DNA of 64,000 nucleotides from a virus: UHGV virus genome UHGV-0020019; one strand, 5' to 3'. Shown piece by piece: positions 33,201 to 39,303 of this stretch (position 1 is its first letter; each line of letters starts with the position of its first letter). The notes under the pieces were generated by a model. It saw only the letters and a program-made list of their open reading frames with translations, ran no database searches and was not told where the DNA came from. The position numbers and the translations under genes were made by a program.

Positions 33201-33721
33201 ACTTTAGAAGTTCTATCATCATTGAATCTGTTGTATAGCTCCTGAACCTTACTAATTGTATAGGTTTGATTCTCCCTAATACCAAGATTAAGCTTCTTGA
33301 CATCCCTCATAGAACCAATGTTGTCAAACTCATCAAAGAAATCATCTTTATCATAATTAGCTTGTTCTACAGGTCGCTTAACAGAAAGTACATAATTTCC
33401 CTTAGCATTTTTGTAATGAACAATAGCAGACTGAGGGAAGAAGTTTGATGCTTCCTTCCTAGCTACCTGAAGTTCTCTAAGGGACCTAAATTCCTGTGGA
33501 GTATTATATCTCATCTCCCATAGTTTTCTTACAGACTTACCAGACTCCTGGTAATGAGTATTACCAAGCTGAGCCTGAATATAAACATCTGTAGGAAAGA
33601 GAGTCTCATTCCCTGCTTCTAACCAATACTTGTGAGTAATAAGCTCAAGAGTATTACTATTCACATTATTCCTTGTAGATAGATTCTTGAACTCTTTACT
33701 ACTTATATTTACACATCCCAT
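21266..33721 (-). CDS. 4151-aa giant multidomain protein: zincin-like HExxH (res ~232-236), SF1 Dda/RecD-like helicase core (res ~880-1300), RNAP-like SDFDVD motif (res ~3310-3317); putative ejected virion RNAP/cargo protein
   Basis: Continuous ORF in track. IILHEVLHS; helicase motifs LSGYAGTGKTSLMEM (Walker A), MFCATTNKAAAVLN (Ia), IIIDEASMI (II), ILAYTNKAV, ALTIHKSQGSTF (VI); EIDDSDFDVDKRY compared with beta-prime NADFDGDQ. Confidence 0.7.
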   Translation of the reverse strand: MGCVNISSKEFKNLSTRNNVNSNTLELITHKYWLEAGNETLFPTDVYIQAQLGNTHYQESGKSVRKLWEMRYNTPQEFRSLRELQVARKEASNFFPQSAIVHYKNAKGNYVLSVKRPVEQANYDKDDFFDEFDNIGSMRDVKKLNLGIRENQTYTISKVQELYNRFNDDRTSKVLADKVFSIAKDLGIEVSFNESLPFGTIGRYTNSNTIIYKKSFLERDIMNNMKASIILHEVLHSISMYALSNQTENWKRPEALQEFRTEVNSLYQDLKTNPILKGERGIVDVFEFVAELGNPVFRSKIQEIDKQNKDKKSFWSRVLDAFKTLLSLHTSNTYYQRSMNALEKALDAFDIDTYMRYNGIKNPLRKEYNEKEWDFRTLSDDELKKEIVHDFNREVYNEELQALKSKAIANGTFMKAPNGKNSNLSERQWLQVRTKAFKEWFGDWEKEYTPPRQYGLSTWERTGEYVDILKKDPLGNTYSTSNEILSHPVERKETTKEDPFGFNSIGVSNVIKVGTLVNRSNPLNGICQYTAQRIQAFLKDRYGIEAHTNIINAKSPVTGKIITHYVAALSIDGKPYIYDMPQTEFISTNGNTFNVGNKEYKEAVITKEYSPRLIEITEDSLLKNYGDSNDSQISVIKDTAKLSGNIKSSDIEANYTPAYSSDVSKVVDENGEPLVVYHYTDNENLSEFSTEFDNFFSKTGGTKNAIFFTTDNVVPGSEDNFLTSRKAKLSLFLNIKNLEVFHGTKEDLHKQGTSYREIVNKSSKRKGSENGIVLTGFDDNKKENQTIYVVHNPNQIKSATDNIGTFSKTNNNIADYAKTGEFVSTISGKELKDELSLIEQESADYDLVNNVPEDNKHSGKAVPQDFTFADGTTVKAPFKPNAQQIDALNEMDRFMKSNETSMTLSGYAGTGKTSLMEMIAKKGQKQNRPVMFCATTNKAAAVLNDRVSKAGFKASTLNKVFGINVEVDSSKSYNARNLVNVLKDVDIMPGTTIIIDEASMINEENYKILNDIAKKMDLKIIYVGDEAQLAPVNEDKISKVFRNGEGKVIRLTQVERTDDNAILKEATAIRNGEPLSRISSFNSKGEGVAYIAPQHQDAINEVIDKYVKGLKQNPNYFRILAYTNKAVTAYNNQVRELLGYDSPIPHVGEPMTGYANWGYEWRTKSYRFINSESYKVTQVGRPTTVQTRLDNGTPVVMQAVPITLEDSLGNIDTFNFMDIKNNAQNRQSAMILANEKKRLWNEARRAYGREAKAAVYAKINAIDSFLFVNDNIEDNSHNLLQAKTIDFGYALTIHKSQGSTFTHVLMDDVDVSRASMSDNNAANAMEMVDLGEETRNDAANAELKSSEEVDLGDLSDVDVEVKNTQPDQVANIKQQLEYVGVSRATDTVTIISNNVKKEGSPLHLDKNIKDNTISSSNSRSENKNSKENGTEEYKTTDEFRRVQEGSRKFSEKGVSSFQLRERELNDEDKERIGGILGGLLGANSNGSWHGVQSHLTHTNKDNSVGTFNVGRVDGKLFHDIFEMVRIYLPNGELVDLHDNYSNAKCFITEDGLCGFAIEPDGNLISVFSLSPSTNKGFLYAIKDMVKEEGATHLDAYMSAKQPLQAIYKKTLGFHTAATMDYNMEYDHDNIAKNHGNPQVVFMVDHEVAEPKHFDKDSYDAAQQYQLSQLSKEVDGLYSEDGKSPLTIYRGYALMEDREAKTLGETVGKTAVDYDETLKGALYFTSSEEEATDYAKSRTDKSPEPPTAEHPEGNRINRHYTGDYAKVSKFHILSTAKVEHYKDIRDYVKNGRNTTADVIVLDKGTMWADNTEYIVKNPDVIVFDDNKGTETEVTNPSFPEEQTQKVSLPGYEYFNDLYDETPVDATWKIPYLKELDAQLSMENSFEENQNIINQMDTVLQATSEKEYLQESKDSQKKEVETNLSEYDKLNKQIDNLLNGDKDLEELGASLSATEVRHTAELIVNSISDEITNLQKEEGLAKTLFPSLNTDLDFQSASRKQIVETVGLDRLIERTKTLFSPQVMDYEDTDTMMQAQLITDNWDAIMYLAADIFAMNEGFGITKDYSRGNFTTTEDSKVDFDNFNDYSNDQDIAAEEGEKDEQEHWQVESRTIDVLNSMSALVRLGLHQCYLLDAEGNKVYSKWGIAERVNPRESVNSILRWTQGALSLDDMIKRLSDKQKQNPWLSQLIERLSDKSGKETDFQSQFYGVFSKHFQLYSIVLLEDDKYYSMTVNSHPALSEAMKSISALFKIGEHPLFGNNGKINSKLLGSDQTTGKNSEFNLHKALTELREIDKAIKEGKTLDDTMSKTATDNILGISKSFGYNITEEMLTDVVNAENIKKITESLGYIVKDLDKALQSQNKGTLKEYDPFKFGTENSIGGSLRNLLTPITDKLEDTAVNAFYDSGKMYQSYITPSFMTKLMNKFRQEGQAFEDFIMDEYGSSEWFKFQNGDVDKGWRNEWLRILAKDENARKVFDHKVELNFNKHNYMRNMSDAEYTLSLITEYFAESTDNNTNMVPAWFRIPMQSNKPSSEFIKFYSYRGANYKDSIVYGLHNMFLQELSRIQTVRMRNMDKKDAGFIKNFDTNGRRFNFLPVLNNYLENTADKIAKRDILRNEDNTISSDNNRLASLLQKKVDGEVALTAEEEAELGKLADKVIRQHMEDRVQSILNNWENNGILEAAKSIKGIYPSELKDEEATDWVRKQVENYLWNDAFASKNILQLTLTDIAFYKDTEDLQKRLAQLHAPGVRGNIYATDYNGNRVSDGKYRTFILQDFDSFKSNIIANIAEVFDRRIAAAPENQKAQMMALKESLVGKDGKYTKINVTDAQGYSSPSSYRKKAFIFGRWSKQAEDIYQKLQKGEYNYTDLETAFQPLKPFVYSKLTKDMGVANAPIHSMEVPFQAKNAEYLLIMADAILKGEKLSRPNLLRAVYRVMEDSEKLNPTKGIDTVQFESAIKSGLQGKMNIFQFRDMEGGEEAAYTYMKNQIFKEETDATGERVYRNYNTETFVHEASYEDYCLQQEVPEHFKEHSQAHGSQIRMITPSDLDLYTTDENGNQVDNYYEWTEPDGTHRKVKADEFRKEYEKTIAANIEESINNLAAELHFNSEDKKEQNIALSKILQREIMSSPRYGIDLLQACSIDKETGEFRIPKGDPIQAKRIEQLINSIIKNRVNKQKIAGGPIVQVSNFGMSTQLHIRFNDKQGNLMPLEEEYNASEHDNLSYKEYLKRNQGGIAYFEVFAPIWSNELFDKFSNADGTINVDAINAVDPELLKMVSYRIPTEDKYSCAPMKVVGFMPREAGDAIMLPYELTEIDDSDFDVDKRYVMRKDIPIKTRKKNEIEKELFNITTESYKKAHDGKTNNTWVGEQVRMFLDNPQKMKSADKFMQWLYGKYQQVAYYTDAPTSGRTYRDNKIIDMTYAVLTNQMTADKILNPGGFDAPKKMGYMVAAYKNPANKGIKWSDLQKMSIDELKDLSYTDKDLTFADTQVQFYKQNSAAASLIGVFAVNKVAHATLESNDIFLDVSEICGENPFTIAGTTFGERMQVDMKYDRDGNLIGKTLGSLVSASADAVKDPILNLMNINMTTAGMLNTMLRLGMTFEDAALFLSQDIIERTLNKFNRENLTNYESLSNIIEKWLTEYREKNNINDDSLINTEELTTEELVEGLTSEEHEATDYKVLLAFQKMRSLTDAMRKPTYATRFNSISSAVGPLIVDNLIIEHKMSQFIDVNTENGTHFYTVDSMPVDIDDIFFDHPVLKQFARTVDIAKAIFSDMPTGSNGFRKLLANLPADIADKMYNDKKLLDQFSNFYQSYLLIQSGLINPKHLKSYATEFPKWFMEQKFKEKYSDNALIQAIRMNVSKKTGRPYLMINITGMDEQKKEELRSAWIDLHKEDPELSQMLFNYSFFRAGIGFSPKTFMSLVPTYVKEKLKSKNGNATYVDTYRNFPEVIPDLVIDQFIRNNWENNKLVPRKGGKDTHYNVDVKHNRLTVYRPEDIADLAGISYMKTKVNNNTYLWHLTSDKGEELVFELIKPLGNNGEYLEMSTLDIKDPLSDTTKTTEDNSASDLKTESPQESNVKGTSNSQVITKTEEIKNLAAFADLIMKQVSTLSKEEALQKAESIKGREKVFGKFLQNVFKQKGLDLSIDEAINEFKKYC

Positions 33722-33852
33722 AAATTATTAATTATTTAATTTTGAGGCAAAAATAAGTAAATTCCTAAAGAGAAAGTTTTACTTAACTAATATCTTTATA
33801 TTATTTAAAGGGTTTATTTGTTTAAACCAAGGAGAGTAGATTAAAACCCTCC

Positions 33853-34029
33853 TTAGCTTATTCTTATCTTGCTGTCAATCCACTCAACAGCCTTATTTAA
33901 CATCTTCTGAAGAGCTTTTCTTTCAGAATCAGTCATTTTAGCTTCTTCAATAGCAGCGCAGGAATCACATTCCATAGCCAATGAAGAGAGTTTATTCCTC
34001 ATTCCAACACTCCATTTTGTTCTTTTCAT
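33853..34029 (-). CDS. unannotated 58-aa ORF in the 320-bp leader upstream of the 4151-aa gene
   Basis: Manually translated rc: MKRTKWSVGMRNKLSSLAMECDSCAAIEEAKMTDSERKALQKMLNKAVEWIDSKIRIS*, 59 codons; below the track's 60-aa cutoff. Confidence 0.3.
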   Translation of the reverse strand: MKRTKWSVGMRNKLSSLAMECDSCAAIEEAKMTDSERKALQKMLNKAVEWIDSKIRIS

Positions 34030-34040
34030 ATATTATAATT

Positions 34041-34454
34041 TTAATCAATATTACAACATACTTCCTCTATTACTTTATAGAAATCAATACCATCTACCAT
34101 ATCCTCAATAAAGGCTACCTTGCCCTGAGTATATTGAAGGTCAGAGATATATTGCTTAAGTTCTATGATTTCCTGAATATAGTCAGGATTATCCTTAGCA
34201 TACTTCTCATATTCTGCAAGTCTATCCTTAGAACTACTTATATCCTTGCTTAAGTCTGTAACAACTTCTCTAATACTTTCTTTGGTTATAGTAGTATAAA
34301 AATCCTCTTTACCTGCAAATACAGGATGTATATTCTCACTAAAATATTGGTATAGTTCTGTATTACGGGAGAATGCAGCTAAGAGGATATGTTTCTTTTC
34401 TTCTTTATCTGATTTCCTTTTAGGAACAATATAAATTGATAAATAACTACTCAT
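34041..34454 (-). CDS. hypothetical protein
   Basis: ORF in track, replication-module strand. Confidence 0.45.
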   Translation of the reverse strand: MSSYLSIYIVPKRKSDKEEKKHILLAAFSRNTELYQYFSENIHPVFAGKEDFYTTITKESIREVVTDLSKDISSSKDRLAEYEKYAKDNPDYIQEIIELKQYISDLQYTQGKVAFIEDMVDGIDFYKVIEEVCCNID

Positions 34455-34466
34455 AATAATTTGCTT

Positions 34467-34943
34467 TTAAAGAGTCCATAATCTAGGATCTGAGTTTTCT
34501 TTTAATATCTTATATACTTGTTGTTTGACTTCTTCAGATATAGTATACCCTCTTTCTATAGCATTATAATTTTTAGTGATATTTAATCCTGCATGATAAT
34601 TTCTACGTATCTTTTTAGGTAGAAATTCTTCAGTTGGATTATAAGAGTAATAGAACAAACTGTAGCCAAACACAGTCAGTAAAGATATAAAGTCCCGATA
34701 CTCCTTATCTCCTAAAGCCATATTATAAGGAAATTTAGTAGATCTTTCCATTTCCCTTATTCCTGTTTCCCAACCTATCTTAAATCCACTTTCATAGGCT
34801 TCTCTTTGATTTCCTATTCTTTCTTTCATTTTTGTAGAGCAACCTTCATCTTTTGCTATTTTGCCAAAAATAAGGTTCCATATTGTATTATGTGGATCTA
34901 CTAAATAAGATGTATCTTTTTCTAAATAATCAGTTGCATTCAT
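34467..34943 (-). CDS. hypothetical protein
   Basis: ORF in track; its stop abuts the ThyX start. Confidence 0.45.
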   Translation of the reverse strand: MNATDYLEKDTSYLVDPHNTIWNLIFGKIAKDEGCSTKMKERIGNQREAYESGFKIGWETGIREMERSTKFPYNMALGDKEYRDFISLLTVFGYSLFYYSYNPTEEFLPKKIRRNYHAGLNITKNYNAIERGYTISEEVKQQVYKILKENSDPRLWTL

Positions 34944-34944
34944 A

Positions 34945-35817
34945 TTACAAATCCTTTCCTAATTCTTTAAGAATTAAATCATGTGCCATAGAAGCTACCT
35001 GCTTTGCATTAGGATGTGGAGCACCAGTTGTTCCTCTATATCTAAGGTCAAAGAAGTGCTTCCAGTCATCTTCAAAGGCTGTATATACTACCTCAGTAGC
35101 TGTAGCTAAAGGAAGTACTTCTCTTGCCTGCTGAGGTTGCCATCCTTTACTAAGTAATTTTAAATAAGTATGATTAGCCTTTACCATAGAAGCTATAGTC
35201 TCTAAATTTGGATTCTCGGTATCATATTGTCCAGTGAGAAAACATAATTCAGATTGCATAGTAAGTTCTTTATCAATCTTAATCCAAGAGGGCAAAATAA
35301 AAGTGATTCCGTTATCAAATTTCTCTTTGGAGTAATTGCAGTAACGAGTGCTTTGCTCCGCTATGCTGGCTGTCCTATGACGATTAAATTCCCTTGAAAC
35401 TCCAATAGATGTAATAAATTTTAAGCAGATCCTCTTAACATGGGTGTCTGTCGGTTCACAAAGATACTTATCAATAACTTCCCAAGCATTCAATTCTGTT
35501 ATTACCCTAAGGTTGGTAGTAAGACATAGTGTATTAGTCCTATCATCACATACACTTCTACTATATGGACTGTTTGCTACTTTCCAGAACAATAAATCAT
35601 CTGAATCACAAGATGTTGCAAGATAGACAGTACCATGCTCAAGCATAGCATTATGTCTGCTCTTAATCATTCTTTCAACAAATGGTTTAGCACTGTCTTC
35701 TGTGATTTTATCTTCTGACTTATAACATATCCTACCTACACGTTCTACTTGCTTATAAATACCCTCAAGACCTGGCGCTTGAGTAATGAGTTCTACTGAT
35801 GGATTAATTAACTTCAT
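34945..35817 (-). CDS. thyX: flavin-dependent thymidylate synthase ThyX
   Basis: ThyX signature RHRxxxxxxxSxR: FNRHRTASIAEQSTRY. Confidence 0.85.
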   Translation of the reverse strand: MKLINPSVELITQAPGLEGIYKQVERVGRICYKSEDKITEDSAKPFVERMIKSRHNAMLEHGTVYLATSCDSDDLLFWKVANSPYSRSVCDDRTNTLCLTTNLRVITELNAWEVIDKYLCEPTDTHVKRICLKFITSIGVSREFNRHRTASIAEQSTRYCNYSKEKFDNGITFILPSWIKIDKELTMQSELCFLTGQYDTENPNLETIASMVKANHTYLKLLSKGWQPQQAREVLPLATATEVVYTAFEDDWKHFFDLRYRGTTGAPHPNAKQVASMAHDLILKELGKDL

Positions 35818-35829
35818 TTGTTCAATCTT

Positions 35830-36150
35830 TTAGTTTCTTTTTCTTATTTGTTTAATTATATAATTCTTATAGCCTGCTGAAGGTTTATATCTCCTTCTCC
35901 TAGCTTCCTCAAGAGGTAAAGGAATAGTTGCTGATTTATTCCTTTCAGGATAATATAGCTTACCAGACTTAGATACCCATACTATTCTAGTACAGATATT
36001 AATATGATTACCTCCTGGTTTATCACCTTCATCTATATTACCTCCAACATAGTGACCATCCTTATCACAGAAAGCTCCAGTATTAGCATCTACGTAGTAA
36101 CCTGGATATTTGTCACATTCATATATTTCTCTTCCATTATCTAAATACAT
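35830..36150 (-). CDS. hypothetical protein
   Basis: ORF in track. Confidence 0.4.
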   Translation of the reverse strand: MYLDNGREIYECDKYPGYYVDANTGAFCDKDGHYVGGNIDEGDKPGGNHINICTRIVWVSKSGKLYYPERNKSATIPLPLEEARRRRYKPSAGYKNYIIKQIRKRN

Positions 36151-36168
36151 AATTTCTTTTTTAAAGGG

Positions 36169-36528
36169 TTATTTACTAAAGTTTACTTCTCCAAATATTT
36201 TAGAGAATAGACCTCTTTCCATATACATAATAGAGTTTTGCAAGTGATTTCTGTCCTTGAAGTCTTTAGATACTCCTACCAATCTGCCAGTTCTACAAGG
36301 GTTATTACCAGTTTCTCCATCTCCAACCTCAATAATCATAGCTCCACCTTGCTTTACTACTCCTTCACAATCATTACAAAGACCTTGGAATATTTCTCTT
36401 GGAGCTTCCTTGTCTCCTTTTAGCTTTCCTAACATGGCTACACCATAGTCTTTCCCACAACAAATGCAACGTAAGACTGATGGATTAACACCATGCTTAG
36501 GACTTAATGTTATACTATTCTTTGTCAT
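36169..36528 (-). CDS. Zn-ribbon protein
   Basis: CICCGKDY ... CNDCEGV. Confidence 0.45.
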   Translation of the reverse strand: MTKNSITLSPKHGVNPSVLRCICCGKDYGVAMLGKLKGDKEAPREIFQGLCNDCEGVVKQGGAMIIEVGDGETGNNPCRTGRLVGVSKDFKDRNHLQNSIMYMERGLFSKIFGEVNFSK

Positions 36529-36725
36529 ACATCTACACCTTTAGTTACATACCCAAAACTATCTATCAACTGCTCAATTACCATATCTGCATTGGCATTT
36601 GATTTCTTAATGACTTCCTCAAAAGCTTCTGCTAAGTTATAGGGAAGATTTTCATCTTCTGAAGGGACTTTAATAAAGTACTGAAGTCCATTACATTCAT
36701 AGTTTATAGATAAATCATTAATCAT
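36525..36725 (-). CDS. small hypothetical protein
   Basis: ATGA-coupled to the downstream gene. Confidence 0.35.
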   Translation of the reverse strand: MINDLSINYECNGLQYFIKVPSEDENLPYNLAEAFEEVIKKSNANADMVIEQLIDSFGYVTKGVDV

Positions 36726-36740
36726 AATATTTATGTTTAG

Positions 36741-37205
36741 TTATTCTAGACACACATCTAAATCATCTACAATCCAGCCTTTACAAGCTTTAAGAATAGA
36801 TTCATAATGTTTAATTTCCTTTTTAATTTTATGTTCTGTCAGTGTACCTAATGAAGGTTTCATCATATTGAGTTCTTCTTTAAGGCTTTCTATCTTTTCA
36901 TCAGACAGTTCTTCAAGATATGAAAGTAGAGTAGGGATACCTATAGCTTCATCATCATTCTTAAACTCCTCAATGAAATTAGTATTATCAAAGTCATTCT
37001 CTTGAATCTTATTACAGTATCTATGACCTTCATCATCTACCTCAGATTCATAATCTTCTGATACATTATAATCAGTGACATTGACAGGCATAGATTTGCT
37101 TAAGCTGTAAGATACACAACAATCTACTTTCACTGGTTTAGGTTCTGACTTATTCCAAGGACAAGATGGACTATACTCTGCCCCCATTGGATAATTATTG
37201 CTCAT
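36741..37205 (-). CDS. hypothetical acidic protein
   Basis: ORF in track. Confidence 0.45.
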   Translation of the reverse strand: MSNNYPMGAEYSPSCPWNKSEPKPVKVDCCVSYSLSKSMPVNVTDYNVSEDYESEVDDEGHRYCNKIQENDFDNTNFIEEFKNDDEAIGIPTLLSYLEELSDEKIESLKEELNMMKPSLGTLTEHKIKKEIKHYESILKACKGWIVDDLDVCLE

Positions 37206-37215
37206 ATTTTAAGTA

Positions 37216-37737
37216 TTAAGTATCTGCATAAATAGTATAATTTTCAAAATTCCCAGAGATAGACATAAGAGCATTTATGTATTCCTTAGTTCTTTTAAGT
37301 AACTGTTCATAAGTTCCCCAACCATTAGAAGGATTGTATTTCTTAAAGTAATCTGCATCCTCTAAAAGCTTCTTATAACATGATATAAGTCCCTCTACAT
37401 ATTCCATAGTAGGTTCTCCTATATTCATAGTTTCCTTTGGATGCCATAGTAAATCGTACAGAGTAGGTATCTTTCCATATATTGTTATACATTTACTATA
37501 TAGGTCTACTTTACATTTATCAGCCATAGTTGTCAGATTATGAGTGAGATTAATATGAAAATAAGTGTTATCTTCATAAGTCTTTTCCTCAATATCATCA
37601 GGATTAACATCAGGAAAATAAGTTAAAACTTCCTGCTTAGTAGCAAGCTCCCTTGTCTCCCCATTGTCTCTAATATAAACTCCTGTACCTCTATGAAGCA
37701 CAGGAGTCTTACTATAAATATATAAATCTAAGCTCAT
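37216..37737 (-). CDS. hypothetical protein
   Basis: ORF in track. Confidence 0.45.
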   Translation of the reverse strand: MSLDLYIYSKTPVLHRGTGVYIRDNGETRELATKQEVLTYFPDVNPDDIEEKTYEDNTYFHINLTHNLTTMADKCKVDLYSKCITIYGKIPTLYDLLWHPKETMNIGEPTMEYVEGLISCYKKLLEDADYFKKYNPSNGWGTYEQLLKRTKEYINALMSISGNFENYTIYADT

Positions 37738-37892
37738 GATTCTTCTCTATTGATTTCATCTAACCATTCCTCTTCTACAAAATATGCAGAAGGTCCAAAC
37801 TTATCACAATCAGCTAAAGAGCTATGTTCTTCAAAGTCCTCTAATTCCATATATTCTTGGATTTCTGGAAATTCAATTAATACATACTTCAT
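37734..37892 (-). CDS. unannotated 52-aa acidic micro-ORF, ATGA-coupled at both ends
   Basis: rc translation MKYVLIEFPEIQEYMELEDFEEHSSLADCDKFGPSAYFVEEEWLDEINREES*. Its ATG overlaps the TGA of the 37889 gene and its TGA overlaps the ATG of the 37737 gene; it fills an otherwise 150-bp 'gap'. Confidence 0.4.
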   Translation of the reverse strand: MKYVLIEFPEIQEYMELEDFEEHSSLADCDKFGPSAYFVEEEWLDEINREES

Positions 37893-38356
37893 AATTCTCC
37901 CTTGTCAAGTTCAATATATTTGTTAAGATACCATATAGCTTTCTTCTTATCTTGAATATCGGTACCCTTATTATTTGCTCTCCATTGGTATTTGAAGGCA
38001 TTCAATTCACAGAAAGCAGCTACTTTATGTTTACCAAAGACATCAATCATTGCCTCTATACATTCTATATTACCATTCTTGTAATGAGAAGGATGATTAA
38101 CCATTTCTTTTTGAAGGTTTTCTTTAGTTGAAGTTGTAGATGCTTTGGTATAGTTTTGGATCTTTTCCAGTTCTGTTACTTCCTCTTCTATAACTTTTAG
38201 TTTATCTAAAACAAAAAATAAACTAAAAGGCTTTTCACTATTTTGTTCTATAGTTAATGTTATGGCAGATTTAATTTTTTGTATAGACTTTTTGATTTTT
38301 TCTATATGTTCCATATCAATATTTATATAATGCTCCTTTACTAATTGCTTTTCCAA
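37889..38356 (-). CDS. DUF3310-like phage protein (conserved PSHY...G..ECI motif)
   Basis: NHPSHYKNGNIECIEAMIDVFG, resembling the DUF3310 SHY motif seen in many phages (family recall from memory). Confidence 0.4.
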   Translation of the reverse strand: MEKQLVKEHYINIDMEHIEKIKKSIQKIKSAITLTIEQNSEKPFSLFFVLDKLKVIEEEVTELEKIQNYTKASTTSTKENLQKEMVNHPSHYKNGNIECIEAMIDVFGKHKVAAFCELNAFKYQWRANNKGTDIQDKKKAIWYLNKYIELDKGEL

Positions 38357-38579
38357 TGAATGAACTCATAAGTTTACTATGTACTATAGTTTCCTCTGAG
38401 TCATCAATTTCATTATAAACCAGGTAATCATTGTTTTCATTAAGGGATATATCCTTAGAACTTCTTATTCCAAAGTTAAGGAGTACAAAGCATTCTAAAG
38501 GATAACCTCCTTCTACTTTTCTTATTAAATCATCAAGCTCCTTCTGAGAGTTGATTTTCTGTGGTCTCTGATTCTTCAT
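38316..38579 (-). CDS. hypothetical protein
   Basis: ORF in track. Confidence 0.35.
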   Translation of the reverse strand: MKNQRPQKINSQKELDDLIRKVEGGYPLECFVLLNFGIRSSKDISLNENNDYLVYNEIDDSEETIVHSKLMSSFIGKAISKGALYKY

Positions 38580-38583
38580 TTTC

Positions 38584-39000
38584 CTAAGAAATTAAGTATG
38601 TATAATTAACTTCTTTAAGACCATCTATCTGCATATCATAACCTTGCCGAGCAATTTCTCTGGTATGAGTCATTGCTTCTGCAATATTATTAGCCCATAG
38701 AAGGACTTTATATTTTATAGTCTTCTCACTACCATCATCCAATAGGGTAGTATCCCTTAGAGTTGCTATGAAGGTATGGTCTCCTTCATACTGAGTAATA
38801 ATCTCCTTGACAATAGACAGTTTCAAGCCTGTAATTTCAAAGTCTTCTACTTCCCCAGTTGTCTTATATTGCTCCAAGTAAGATGTAACTGCATGCTCAG
38901 CATAGGCAAATACTTCCTCATCTATAACGCATATTTCAATTTTCTTCTTTACCTTTCCATCTATTTTCCAGGCAACCTTTGCTTTTACTTCTATTAGCAT
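38584..39000 (-). CDS. hypothetical protein
   Basis: ORF in track. Confidence 0.4.
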   Translation of the reverse strand: MLIEVKAKVAWKIDGKVKKKIEICVIDEEVFAYAEHAVTSYLEQYKTTGEVEDFEITGLKLSIVKEIITQYEGDHTFIATLRDTTLLDDGSEKTIKYKVLLWANNIAEAMTHTREIARQGYDMQIDGLKEVNYTYLIS

Positions 39001-39024
39001 AACTGTTTGGTTTTAATGTTAATA

Positions 39025-39303
39025 CTATAGCATTGCTGCTATCTTTGGCTGATTCATTTGCTTCATCTTGTAATTGATAAAACTTTGCCGAGTTTCATCT
39101 AACTTTGCAAGGATTTCCTTCTGAGTCCAAGTATTCTCTACAGGTACTAGAGGTGTTCCATTATATGCAATGTAGATTGTACCATCAAAGTCTGCTAAGC
39201 AGATAGCATCATGTGCCTCTGCTAAAATAGTATTCTGCCGAGAAGTCTGTTGCTTCTCTCTGATTGTTCTTATAAATTCCATTACTTTAACCACATTTAT
39301 CAA
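39025..39303 (-). CDS. hypothetical protein
   Basis: ORF in track. Confidence 0.4.
   Translation of the reverse strand: MINVVKVMEFIRTIREKQQTSRQNTILAEAHDAICLADFDGTIYIAYNGTPLVPVENTWTQKEILAKLDETRQSFINYKMKQMNQPKIAAML

Noticed and set aside
21266-33721. Exact DxDGD / NADFDGD RNAP motif
   Set aside because: Not present. Only the variant DFDVD (plus IDGDE in the 1298-aa protein and KIDGD in the partial giant protein, which lack the first Asp). Hence the RNAP assignment is kept as inference.
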